Of a stretch of DNA of 64,000 bases, positions 38,991 through 50,818 are shown one piece after another. The notes under the pieces were generated by a model. The model saw only the letters and a program-made list of their open reading frames with translations. It made no database searches and was not told the DNA's origin. The stretch comes from Vitrella brassicaformis CCMP3155 (lineage: Eukaryota; Protista; Chromerida): the NCBI GenBank assembly GCA_001179505.1, contig CDMY01000571.1, positions 124,001 to 188,000 of the forward strand, given 5' to 3'. Each line of letters begins with the position of its first letter. The stretch's first letter is position 1. The position numbers were made by a program, and so were the translations under genes.

Positions 38991-39222
38991 CTCTCTGTGT
39001 ATATGTGTGAGCCACCATCCTGACGGGGCGCTGGATGGGGTCACTGGTCGTTTCATCATCACATCTCTCTCTCTCTCTCTCTCTGTGTATATGTGTGAGC
39101 CACCATCCTCACGGGGCGCTGGATGGGGTCACTGGTCGTTTCATCATCACATCTCTCTCTCTCTCCCTCTCCCTGTATGTGTGAGCCACCATCCTCACGG
39201 GGCGCTGGATGGGGTCACTCGT
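38991..39222. repeat. Minisatellite, ~87-bp period, ~2.7 copies, each containing an imperfect inverted repeat
   Basis: gtgtgagccaccatcct(g/c)acggggcgctggatggggtcact recurs with its gagcc at ~39009, 39097 and 39183. Confidence 0.9.
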
Positions 39223-39600
39223 CGTGCGTGTGTGCAACAGACGACGGTCCATATTTGGTGCGGGCTGCGGCACCATGGTGCTTGGGCGTCATGAGTGGTG
39301 TGCGGCAGGCGATGTGGTCCGGTGCGTGCGTGTGTGGTGTGCCTATGTCTTGCTCTGTGTCTCTAATTGCTGCCCCTCCCAAGTACATAGGTCAGAGGAG
39401 GTTATATACGCTGATATAGCTGCCTGCGTCAGTGATGTGTGCATGGCTGTTGCTGTGGACCGCCTTTTGCGTTGGCCCTGCCTTTAAATTAACCCATAAC
39501 CCAAGTTGCTGAGGATCCGTGCCTACTGATTTCATTTCATTGCACACACAGGGGGTGCTTAGTTGACAGAGGGTCGGTCGATCTTTCGCTCTGCCCCCAT

Positions 39601-40487
39601 CTATATCTCCTCTCTCTCTCTCCACATGCTTTCATATTCCTGCACTAGGAAGGCGTATTGGGCAGCATCCTGCCGCACACATCACACACACACACACCAG
39701 GGAGTATATCCCTGGGTAAGTGGGTGGCATCCTTACCACGCAGGCGCCGTAGAGGCAGCGGCATGAGTTCATATCGCCGGACTCGTCGTCTGGCGAGAGG
39801 CCACACGGTTTTCCGTTACTGGCGTCGGACGCAATCATCTCGCCGTTCTCGTCTTGAACGTAGCCACCACACGAATCAGTAATGGCAGCACAAGTGCCTG
39901 GCACACACACGCACCCACACACCGACCCATTGACGTGTGGTCCACACACTCAGACACGCCCATGCATACTCCTCACCTTCTTGACTGCCACCTTTCTTCT
40001 CCTTTTTCTTGCCAAACTCGAAGGGAGAGTCAGCGTCTTTGGCAGAGAGTGCGCCTGCCTGCCCCTCGGCGATGAGATCCATCTGCTGCTGGGCGGTGTC
40101 GAGGGTGGCGAGGGCGGTGCTGGCCAGCTGGTGGGCCGCCTCGCTGACCTTATTGGCCACCTCCATCATGGCCTTGGCCTGCTGCAGCTGCTCCTGCTGC
40201 TGCTGCTGCACGAGCGACAGCTGATGCTGACGGCCGGACGCCCCAGACCACACACTGTGAAGGGCCGTCGTGGCCGTGGTGGCGGTTCCGGTCAGCTCAT
40301 GGCCGGCGGCGACGGACGGCAGGCCCCCTACACGAAAACACGTTTGCACAAGACACAAACGTACAATGCACCACAGAAACCTTCGCACAGGCCCGAAGAG
40401 ACGAGCTGCAGCTCACCCACCACTCGTCTGCTGTCCGGAGACGGCAAGAGTGCCGGCGAAACAGAAGAAGAGCAACAGGCGGACCAT
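39601..40487 (-). CDS. Hypothetical secreted protein (Q/A-rich helix plus Cys-rich C-terminal module)
   Basis: Signal-like MVRLLLFFCFAGTLAVSG, QQQQQEQLQQAKAMMEVANK, and exon CAAITDSCGG...KPCGL...NSCRCLYGAC. Confidence 0.6.
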
Positions 40488-41123
40488 TGCTGACTGACGA
40501 AGGGGATCGGATGGGGGATCAACAAAAAACCTTACACACGCGGCTGGACGGCTTCTCAGAGAGGGGAAGATGTCGCGAGAGGGTGGGGGCCAAATTGCGG
40601 CCAGGATCGGGACGCGCCTTTCTAATGTGCGCCAAGCTGGCCCTGCCGCCGGAAGGCTGGCATGTCCGCCTGTGGGGCCAGCCCTGCACTCACAGGGCCA
40701 GCCTTGCAGACACACGGCTGGCCTCTGCGGGACGAGCTTTGTCTCAGATGCTGCAGGGGCGTCAACCTGTGGCCATCCCAGGCACGGAATACCACCAGAA
40801 TACCATCGCCGTCACAACGACGAGTGCACGATCGCAACGCGAGTCTTCCTCGTGTCGGCGGCTGCGCGACGACACGTAAATTTGGAAATTACGCTGAGAT
40901 CGAGGATACGATATCGCTAGTGCTACTGCAGAAGTGCTGGCGGGTGAATAAATGAAGCCCATCTCTCTCTGTGTGCGCACACAGCATAAATTTCATTACC
41001 ACGCACACAGACAGAAAAGCAAGGAGCCCAACATGACAGAATTATCGATACACACACACTTCATCGTCAAGCAGTCGACCAGATAATTCTACATAATTGC
41101 ACACCCCTCTCCATCCCTCTGTC

Positions 41124-42979
41124 TCAGTTGATGCCGAGTGTCACCCACTGCCCCCGCTCGTCGATGCGGCCCAGCTGCTGCCACCCATCAAACTCACAGT
41201 CGGCACTGCCCCAATGCTCGTTGAAGCCCTTGTTGATAGCCCCCTCCTCTATGCCGTGTCGGGCCGCCTCGTCCAGTCGGGCCCTCTGCACCACCTCACG
41301 CACACCCACACGGCCCCGTGTGTGGACCACCTGGTGTGGGCGGCTGTCGGCCCTGAGGGCGAAGCACTGCAGCGGCATCCGCACCGTCACGCCGCCGACA
41401 TCGGCCGTCCCGCCCACCACCTCCCTGTTGCTGCTGGCATACAGGGCCGACTTGACGAAGTGGTCGACGGCCGCACACACACGGCGGGCCATGTCGCTGT
41501 TGCGGACGGTGAGGGTGGCAGCGATGGTATCGTTGGCGGCGTCTTGGTCGAAGCACATGGCGGCGATGCGCCAGCTGATGGCCTCTGCCTCGTGTGGGCT
41601 GCATGAGAGGGGGAGGGGGCAGGGTCTTCGCCATCATTGTGGTCGACGAGCGGCAGCAGGTGGGTTAGCAGGGCAGCCAGCGACCGCTGAGGGGCGAGGG
41701 CGGCATTGAGAGCCGCCATCGCCCCAGTGTGGATGTCCGTGTTGAGCACTGCCGTGCACTGGGTCAGCACCAGGTTGCGACAACGGCGGTCCCCTGGCGT
41801 TGTTATGGGAAGGCGGCCGATGTCCGCCCCGCTTCGCAGCAAGCTGCGGATGGTGGCCTCGTAAAGGGGGATCTCGCCGCTGGCTCGGTTCCTGGTGTCT
41901 TGCGGTAGGTGGCCAGCTTGCGACACCCTAATCGCTCCGTCAAGGCCACTGACGGCCAAATACAGCGGTGTTTCGTTGTGCCAGCCCGTCGTCCCTCTCG
42001 TCCCTCTGTTGATGTCCGCTGCTGCCACGCGGCGGCTCAGGAAATCCGCCACATAGGGAGAGCCGGCACCTGCCGCCACGTGCAGAGGTGTCAATCCCCT
42101 ATTCACTGCCGTCACGTCGGAACCGTTCTCAACCAGCAGCTCGAGATATGAGTCGATGAAGGCCTGCGAATGGGGGCGTCGCTCGTTCCGGGCGGCCATG
42201 TATATCAGATTGCCGCCGTCCCGGCTTTCTTCGGCTGCGAGTGTGGGGTCGTACTGGATGAACCGCCGGAAGATCGACAGCAGCCGCTGCTCATAGCCGG
42301 GGGACACCCGACGGCCGAATCGGTCGAAGATGGGCGTGGGCAGCTCCATGATAGGGGGCATTCCATACTGAAGCTCTTGACCTGCCGCCAAGAAGACGTT
42401 CGCGGCACTCTGATTGCCCGCACAGACCGCCATCCTGACGCTTTCGTAAGCCCCCCTCCCGTTGATGCGGGCGCCTCCGTCGATGAGGGCATTCAAGATG
42501 GCCGCCTCCAACTCAGGCGACGACCAGTGAGGCAAGGCGAGAGGCCACCAACGACCGTTGCTGTCTACAGCCTCGATGATGGCGTTGTCACTCATGTTGT
42601 CGATAGCAAGTGCAAGCAGCCGGTATGGTCGCCCAGAACCGCCGCTGCCGCGTACCCGCAGCCTGGGCCGCAGGCATGGCGCACTGTTCGGGTTTGCGCC
42701 ATCGCGTCGTATGAGATCCGTCACTTGCTGCTGGTGGGTGAAGGTGCGGAAGAGGATGCCCTCAGTGAGCTGTCGGGTCTGACGAAGGACGACAAAGGGT
42801 GCAATGGATGCGTTCATGCCATCTCTCTTTCTCTGCCTCTGGGCTACCCCTACCGCATCAGTGGTGGCAAGGTGTGTAGTTTGATGCCTTATGCCTTCGT
42901 AAAAGCCGTGCCCAATCTCGATGTCGCTGAGCCGCAGACAGTCATCAGGCTGCTGGCCATGCGCGCTGGAGGCCATCAC
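41124..42979 (-). pseudogene. Ankyrin-repeat family copy 2, full length with one -1 frameshift at ~41610
   Basis: GLTPLHVAAGAG and ETPLYLAV motifs. The 530-aa ORF shifts into the conserved C-terminal frame (PHEAEAISWRIAAMCFDQ...GQWVTLGIN*) if one C is restored in ccccctccccctctc. Confidence 0.8.
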
Positions 42980-43323
42980 TCACGCGACCTGCTTACACGC
43001 ATCACACACAAAGGCAGATCACACACGATGCCTTCTCTGTCTCTGAGTGGACCTCTTCGCACCTTATCAGTGAGTGTGTGATTCGTCGAGTCGGTCTGCC
43101 GTGCAAGCCATGCAGCAACACACACTGAGAGATCAGCGAAGGAGAGCACGATGTACTGCAAAGCAAGCAGAAACAAAACACACCGTCATAGGTTCGCCTC
43201 CCTCGACGCACCTGCTGTTGCAGTTAACACTTCAATCAGGATTGACTGGATCAGGTTTAGGTCTGACCCGGCTAGTCAACTCCTTCCTCAATGGCATCCT
43301 TCTCTCCTCCTCTCCGTATTCTC

Positions 43324-43357
43324 GGGTTTGGGGTTTGACGCTTAGGGTCGAGGGTTT
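43324..43357 (+). promoter_or_regulatory. Degenerate telomere-like cluster between ankyrin copy 2 and the F-box-like gene
   Basis: gggtttggggtttgacgcttagggtcgagggttt. Confidence 0.4.
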
Positions 43358-43359
43358 CA

Positions 43360-44773
43360 TGAAATGCGCTCAAGAAGGGGCTCCCGACGCCCGACCGGCC
43401 AGGCCATCAGCGGCCCCTCCCTCCTCACAGATCATGGCGAAGCGCAAGAAGGGCTTGGCGGCGTCATCGTTAGCCGCCACCCAGCAGCCTCGCCTCTTCG
43501 GCTTACCCGATGAGGTTGAGAGGGACAGCATCCTGACGCTTCTCGGTCCCGATCTGGCCATCAGCCTCGGCCGCCTCCGCCGCACGTGCAGTCACGGCAG
43601 AAAGCACGTCGATGCGGACCTCCTCGAATTGCAGATAGACAACCACCTCGCCGACAAAGGCATCCAGCACCTCATTGCCTACGACATCGGCAATGCCGGT
43701 TTGGAGTTGCGGCTTCTGTACATCATTCCGCAGGGGGGCGACTGGGCGGGGTGGGCAGCGCCCCTCATCTGCATAGCCAAGCATCGGGGGCGGGAAGTGC
43801 GGGACCTGCCGATAAGGCTCAGTCGCCGCGATGTGTCGGGTGTGGGCAGCCGCGCCCTGTTCGACGAGCGGTGCGAGGCGCTGCGGCAGCTCTCGCTCAT
43901 CTGCCGGCACCTCAACCGCCGTGGCGAGGGCGACATGACGGTGAAACGCGCCTACGGCAACGAGCACGTGGGCCGCGACAAGGTGACTATCCACACGGAG
44001 GAGTCCATGGAGGAGGGCAATCCCTTCCGAGCTGCATTCGACGCGAGCGACCCCGTGTGCGAGATTACACGAGGGCTACATGAGTATGCAGGTGAGGGAA
44101 GGAGGCAAGAAGGGGCAGTGGACAGGTGGGTGGATGGATGGATGGATGGCTTGGTAGGTTGGAGTTTGCATGCACGTTGCGAGTGCTACGCTTCGCTTCG
44201 GACGTTGGCGGTGCAAAAGTAGAGGGGAGGGGGACACACACACACACACACACACACAAAAGCAGCCGGCAAACCATGTATCTGTGGTGCTGTTTGAGCC
44301 ATCAGGCTGTGTTTTGGTGGTGGGCGGACGGCCAAGGTGGCGGAGGCGTTTGCATCCGCCGACTCACCCACTGAAGCGGCGCGATACGATCGCATGGTCA
44401 GTCAACCACACAGTCGCGCCTCTGCATCTCTCTCTCTCTCTCTCTCTGCCCCTTTCGTTGTGTTCAGCGGGCTCTCGCCACCCAGCAGCCGCTGGTGTGG
44501 AACCGCCACAGCGTCGGTACGAGCCGCAAGGCTGACCCCTTTGAGCGCATCATCGTACTGCACGGCGACCAGGCGGGCCATACCTTCGAGGCACACATTC
44601 TTTTCTCCACCACGCCCAGCACTGCACAGGCCGCTCTCTACACGACGGAGCGTCCAGTGGCGGGCAAGAAGGGGGCAGCGAGGTTCCCGCAGACGGTGCA
44701 AGTGGCGCTGCTCGTCATGGGGGCCGATGCAGAAGTGGTGTTTGGCGATCAGCTGGCGGTAGATGTGGACTGA
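43360..44773 (+). CDS. Hypothetical lineage-family protein with an N-terminal F-box-like motif; multi-exon
   Basis: RLFGLPDEVERDSILTLLGPDLAISLGRLRRTCS resembles the F-box pattern. Long exon to ~44090 and terminal exon ...FERIIVLHGDQAGHTFEAHIL...QLAVDVD*. Confidence 0.6.
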
Positions 44774-45135
44774 CACACAAACACACGCACACACATCCAT
44801 CGCCCGTGTGCGGTGATGCTCCCTTTGTCTGGCCACGCCAGCACATGGCAGCAGTGAGGGGAGGTGGACGGTTGTAGCGAAAGTAGAGCCACGGCTGAAT
44901 GGACAGTTGCCTGCCTGGTTGACGTATTCTATAATGTGGTGTGTACGGGTCCATTTGCTTATGTGCCACGTCAGGCCAACCAAACATGCCAAACTGTCAG
45001 ACGACGCCACACACTCGCCACACACACATAACTGAGGCGCCCCTCCCTCCCTCCCTCCTGCCTGCTGCCACACGGAACCACTCAGCAGCTTGGCACGCCC
45101 CCCACCCACACACATTCAGCACACCGCACTCCCTC

Positions 45136-45890
45136 TCAGTCGATGCCGAGTGTCACCCACTGCCCCCGCTCGTCGATGTGGCCCAGCTGCTGCCACCCAC
45201 CAAACTCACAGTCGGCATTGCGGATGGTGGCCTCGCAAAGGGGAATCTTGTGGGTGGCTTCGTCCCTGGCTCGCTGGGGTACCACCCGCCCGTCGTCCCT
45301 CTGTCGATGTCCGCTGGTGGCAGATGGCGGCAGAGGTAGTCGGTCACACAGGGAGCACCGACCTCAGCCGCCACGTGCAGAGGCGTCCAACCAACCCCAT
45401 CCACTGCGGTTATGTTGGCGCCATCGTCCACCAGGAGGTCGAGATATGAGTCGATGAAAGCCTGCGTTATGTTGGATGAGCCGTCGATAGATCGACAGCA
45501 GCCGCTGCTCATAGCGGGAGGACACACGATGGCCGATTCGGTCGAAGATGCAAGTGGGCAGCTCCATGGTGTAGGAAATAACAGCGCACCACCAGGACCC
45601 TCACAGCATTCTCATTGCCATAAGAGATTGCCATCCTGATAGGTTCGCTGTCATAAAAGGTCGGCGGTGGGTTTGTGTAGGCGCCTCCGTCGATAAGGGC
45701 ATTCATTATGGCCGCCTCGAGCTCAGGAGACGACCACTGAGGCAACGCGACGTACTGCCGACCAAAGACGCACGCGACGGTGGGCATGGTGTTGGCATTC
45801 ACCACATTGTCGATGGCGAGAGAGAGCAGCCCATACCGCTCCCCCCGAGCGCCATGCCAACACCCGCAGTCGCAGTCATCGCTACCCCGC
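45136..45890 (-). pseudogene. Ankyrin family copy 3, 5'-truncated with several internal deletions
   Basis: Fragments GLLSLAIDN, LPQWSSPELEAAIMNALIDGG, WTPLHVAAEVG and WQQLGHIDERGQWVTLGID* occur in shifting frames, with large blocks missing relative to copy 2. Confidence 0.85.
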
Positions 45891-47018
45891 ACACAGCTCG
45901 CGATAACGGCGGTCCTGCTCAGTGGCTGTGGGAATGCGGCTGATGTCTGCACCGCTTCTCAGCAAGCTGCGGATGGTGGCCTCGCGAAGGGGAATCTCGC
46001 TGCTGGCTTGGTCTCTGCTGTCTTGCGGGCTGTCATCGTCCTGCGACCTCTCAATCGCTCCGGCGAGACTGATGGCGGCCAAGAAAAGCGGCGTCCGGTT
46101 GGGATCGTCCGTCGTCCCTCTGTCGATGTCCGCTGGTGCAACATGGCGCCCAAGATAGTCGGCCACACAGGGAGAGCCCCAGTATGCTGCCTCGTGCAGA
46201 GCAGTCGATCCACGCCTATTGGCTGCCATCGTATCGGCCCCATTGTCCACCAGCAGCTCGAGATATGCATCGATGGCGCGCTGCGAGTAGAAGCCCAGCT
46301 CGTGCTGGGCAGCAACATGGATCAGATTGCCAAACTCCGGGTCTTGTTCGGTTGCGAGTGTGGGGTCGTGCTGGATGAGCCGCCGGTAGATCGACAGCAG
46401 CCGCTCCTCATAGGCGGGGGACACCTGGATTCGGTCAGAGATGGGGGGCGTGGGCAGCGCCAAGACTAAGGAAGGGCCATGAGGATGGCGCAACGCAGCA
46501 TCCCGCGCCAAGAGAACCCTCAAGGCCTCCTCGTTTCCCAAACGGATTGCCATCTTGATGGGCCGGTCGTCCGAATAAGCCGGCTCGTTGATGTCGGCGC
46601 CTCCGTCGATGAGGGCATTCAAGATGGCCGCCTCGAGCTCAGGCGACGACCAATAAGGCAACGTGAGTGCGCAGCGTCGACCATGGACGAAGCCGAAGTC
46701 CACTGTCGGCACAGCGCTGCCATTCGAATTGTCGATGGCAAGCGAGACCAGCCGATGCCGCCCTGTACGAAAGCGATGCCGAGACCCGCAGCTGCATTCC
46801 TCGCCACTCAGCATCCGCAGCCGGACCTGATGGTTCGGGTCGGCACCATTGTGGATGAGGTCCGTCACTTTCTGCGCATCACTGAAGGTCCGACGAATAA
46901 TGCCCTCAGCCAGCTGTCGGGTGGCTTCGCTGGTCTTGTCGGCCCAGTAGCCAATGTCGATGTCCTCGAGCCGCAGACAGTCAACAGACTGCTGGCCTTC
47001 CGCACTGCCAGAGGCCAT
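45891..47018 (-). pseudogene. Ankyrin family copy 4, 3'-truncated and fused to copy 3
   Basis: MASGSAEGQQSVDCLRLEDIDIG...GSTALHEAAYWG...RTPLFLAA...DRRYRELCAG*. It lacks the ~180-aa conserved C-terminus. Confidence 0.82.
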
Positions 47019-47396
47019 CCCTAACGCGGCCTGCACACACATCACACGCAAAAGGCAGATCACACACGCGGGTTGCCTCTCTCTCTCTGTGGACCCATTC
47101 GCACCTTATTAATATCAATGAGTGTTGGTGCGTCGAGTCGGTTCTTCCTTGCCGTCAGCCCGGATGGTTACCGAGAGATCAGTGCTCAGGAGGAAGGCCA
47201 CGACCAAGATGTCCTGCAAAGCACACAGAACGACGCACAATGTGTGTCATGCTTGTGATTTCAGCCCTCTTTGCCTCCCCTTCTCGCACCTCAGGTGAGG
47301 CAAAGCTCCGGACAGAGTTTATTGCGTGTGATTGACAACATCTCGGCACTCTTACCGATGCCTCACAGCGCCACCCTGTCATTCATCATTCCCCTG

Positions 47397-47420
47397 AGTT
47401 TAGGGTTTAAGGGTTTGAAA
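47397..47420 (+). promoter_or_regulatory. Telomere-like cluster upstream of ankyrin copy 4
   Basis: gagtttagggtttaagggtttgaaa. Confidence 0.4.
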
Positions 47421-47879
47421 CCCGGCAACACCTCGGCGTTTGATTTTCAGTCTGAATGGATGGATGGATCGACACGTCTCCCTCCTGGTTTGCAGGAGAA
47501 TGAATCCACAGCAGTCAGCCACACCAGCCACACCACACCACACCGAGCACAAAGAGCACACAGACAGCTCACATTGAAAAGAAAAAGGTCAAAAAGAACC
47601 GACCGTAGGAAGTGGGATGGTGTTGGTGTTGGTGCTGGTGTGGATGTGTGTCATTCATTCATGAGACCGACAGATACGTACGCAGAGGGAACGATGGACG
47701 GGGAGGCGTGATCTGCCGCAAAAACTCAGTGTTGGCCTTCGTGGTGGATGGATGGATGGATGAGACGCATCAGCTCCTCCCTCGGCAAAAGAAACAAAAA
47801 TGGGGCAAAACATCCACACGCGCGCACACACGACGACAGCGACAAGAAACACACCACAGCCACCTGTCCATCTCTCTCC

Positions 47880-48179
47880 NNNNNNNNNNNNNNNNNNNNN
47901 NNNNNNNNNNNNNNNNNNNNNNNNNNNNNNNNNNNNNNNNNNNNNNNNNNNNNNNNNNNNNNNNNNNNNNNNNNNNNNNNNNNNNNNNNNNNNNNNNNNN
48001 NNNNNNNNNNNNNNNNNNNNNNNNNNNNNNNNNNNNNNNNNNNNNNNNNNNNNNNNNNNNNNNNNNNNNNNNNNNNNNNNNNNNNNNNNNNNNNNNNNNN
48101 NNNNNNNNNNNNNNNNNNNNNNNNNNNNNNNNNNNNNNNNNNNNNNNNNNNNNNNNNNNNNNNNNNNNNNNNNNNNNNN
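47880..48179. other. Assembly gap (300 N)
   Basis: N run. Confidence 1.
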
Positions 48180-48533
48180 CCCCCTCCCCCCCCCCCCCCC
48201 TTCTCTCTCTCTCCCTCTCTCTCTCTCTGTCCGTGTGTGTGGGGGTTTACCTGCGTGCCAGCAGCAGGGGGAAACACTCCCCTGCCGCGCTGCGCAAGGC
48301 AGGTATTGAGGCGTTAGTCAATGAAGGCAATGAAGGCAAGGAAGGCATTCACACAAATGGTATGGTCGTCCCTCCCTCCGATGATGATGATACAGGTGTT
48401 ACTCTACACTCTCATCCACCCTGCCAGCCAGCCAGCCAGCCAGCCACAGCCATACATACCCACCCGCACCTGTGCGTGTCTCTCTGTCTGTGTGTGTGGG
48501 GGTGCGTGTGTGTGTCGACAAACTTAGACCGCG

Positions 48534-49020
48534 AAAGCCACCCAGCCATGTGTGTGTGTGGTCATAATGATACATCCATCCACACACTCTTCAAAAACGC
48601 CCTTGACTCTCCCGCCCTCCCTCCCTCCCCTGCCAGCCGCCCTGCCACAAGCCAGCCAGCCTTTTAGGTGCGTGGCTCGTTGCTCATGACAAAAAAACGG
48701 CGCGGCTCTCTCTCTCACTCACTTGAATGTCTCAACGTCACCCCCCCCGCCCCCCTCCCTCCCCGCCGCTACGCCCGGTTGTGGTAGGGGTGGTCAGTTT
48801 CGAGCTTGGACTTTTCCTCTCTGGGCGCCATGCCGAGCATTCCGGCGAGGGACTCGAGCACGTCGGTGGACTTGACGATGGCGAGCATCTTACCGCGGTT
48901 CTTCTCGAGGATGACGCGGTGGGTCTTGGTGGTGACGAAGGCCTCGAGGATGTCGTGGGCGGAGACGGAGGACTGCAGCTTGAGGAAGGGCACGTCGGGC
49001 TGAGGGAGGGAGGGAGGGAT
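48534..49020 (+). repeat. Near-identical direct copy of 56820-57304 (last exon and 3' UTR of the CBS gene); both copies abut gaps
   Basis: Essentially identical sequence by eye. The same ORF text (PDVPFLKLQ...DHPYHNRA) appears twice in the ORF track. Confidence 0.9.
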
Positions 49021-49320
49021 NNNNNNNNNNNNNNNNNNNNNNNNNNNNNNNNNNNNNNNNNNNNNNNNNNNNNNNNNNNNNNNNNNNNNNNNNNNNNNNN
49101 NNNNNNNNNNNNNNNNNNNNNNNNNNNNNNNNNNNNNNNNNNNNNNNNNNNNNNNNNNNNNNNNNNNNNNNNNNNNNNNNNNNNNNNNNNNNNNNNNNNN
49201 NNNNNNNNNNNNNNNNNNNNNNNNNNNNNNNNNNNNNNNNNNNNNNNNNNNNNNNNNNNNNNNNNNNNNNNNNNNNNNNNNNNNNNNNNNNNNNNNNNNN
49301 NNNNNNNNNNNNNNNNNNNN
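49021..49320. other. Assembly gap (300 N)
   Basis: N run. Confidence 1.
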
Positions 49321-49397
49321 CAAAGGAAGAGCACAGAGTCTCTCTCTCCTTCGTGTAGCGTATAATCTTTTTTTTTTTGTTATTGTTCAGCTCGTTT

Positions 49398-50818
49398 GAT
49401 GACCGGTTGCCTTACGGGCCCGATTGTGTCGTGGCTGATCCACAGAGAGGAGCAAAGACGAGAGGTGGCACCCAAAGTCTTCTATGACTGGTCCAGCGCG
49501 GCCCTCTCTGTGGACGGCCCCCCTGCTGCTGCCTCTGCTGCGTCGGGCAAGTGCCACCCCTCCTTCGGCCGGCCGGTGCACCGTGTGGTGACGGCCATGC
49601 AGCTGACGTCAGCCGCCATGCAGGACGTCATCGAGACCCTCAAACTCACACATGTCCCCAGCGACTTGTAAGCCCACGACTCCCTAGCACAGCTCGCCTG
49701 TGCGCCTCTTTTGTGTGTCGTCGTTCAGCCATGGGTTTCTGTGGAGCCACGCCTTCCTGGTGCAGAGTTTGCGTCAGAAGACAGTGGAGATGCGCAGCCG
49801 ACGACGAGGGCAGGTGGTCGTCCACCTGCCGAGACCCGACGAGACAAGCGCCACGGTGAGGCATTCCTGTGGCGGCTGTGATGGGCAGACACGTGTGTGT
49901 GTTGGCAGGGTTTGCGGCACATGGGGACGAGCGACCTCTCCCACGCATTCGCAAACCAGCGCTCCCTAAGACATGCCGGTCATCCTGCTGCTTGATGCAC
50001 TGATACATATCGTAAACACCGATTCGCCGTGTGCTGTCGTGATGGTGATGGTTTCAGTGTCCAGTCGACTGAAGGACGGCAAGGCGTCTCGTGACGGTAG
50101 TGTTGCTGAGTGGACGGCGGACAGTGACGTACAGCCGACAGACAGGTACAAGGCCGTTGTGGAGCGGCCAATATGACCCTTCGGTGCTCTCTCTCTCTCT
50201 GTCAGTTGTCAGTATTCTGTGGTGTCGCCGGGCATAGCTCTGCATGACCTCCAGGCCAATCTCGCCTATGTGGTGGACGAGCTCGTCACGAGAGAACAGC
50301 TGCACCAGGCGGCACTGCAAAAGGCCGGAGACACTGACCTGGAGAAGGCCGACACTGAGGTGTCGCAGCGGCATCACACTGGCGGCTGGAAGGCCCTCTA
50401 CGAGGCATTCAAGAAGGCCAAACGGACACTCATCAAAGCCGGCAGCCCGCCGGTCAGCGGACGAGAGCAGTCGATGTCCCTCTGTCTGTCGATGAGCATA
50501 AACCCACCTCTGTTGCGTTGAATGCAGGGGGCCATCCCGGAGGTCCTCGCAAGCCTCGTGCCGATGGTAGTAGATACGCCAGCCGCCACAGAGGACGTGC
50601 CGATGAGCGGCATGTCGTCGCCCGCCAGCTCAACCCGGTCGCAGCAGAGCGATTGCCAGGAGGCCCTCACGCCCCTCTCTCAGCTCGTGTGGGTCGATTG
50701 GCATCGGCTCAGCAGCCAAGACAAGGACAGCGCAGCCCTGTCGATGTCAGTGGAGGCCGTCTACGATGCCGTGGCGGCGATGGACGGCACCGCAGCCAAC
50801 GAGGATGACGACAAGTAG
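49398..50818 (+). CDS. Hypothetical multi-exon protein, copy B1; start uncertain
   Basis: Exons MQDVIETLKLTHVPSD, HGFLWSHAFLVQSLRQK, IALHDLQANLAYVVDELVTREQ, GAIPEVLASL...ANEDDDK*. The inverted paralogue shows synonymous differences. Confidence 0.6.

Noticed and set aside
38991-39222. Possible CRISPR array (palindromic ~43-bp repeats with spacers)
   Set aside because: Spacers are copies of each other, there are only three units, no cas genes are present and the context is eukaryotic. It is a minisatellite.
42170-43081. Long plus-strand ORFs opposite the ankyrin genes (also 35755-36525, 41097-41606, 46479-47024)
   Set aside because: Antisense shadows of GC-rich CDS; they are similar only because the sense genes are paralogous.
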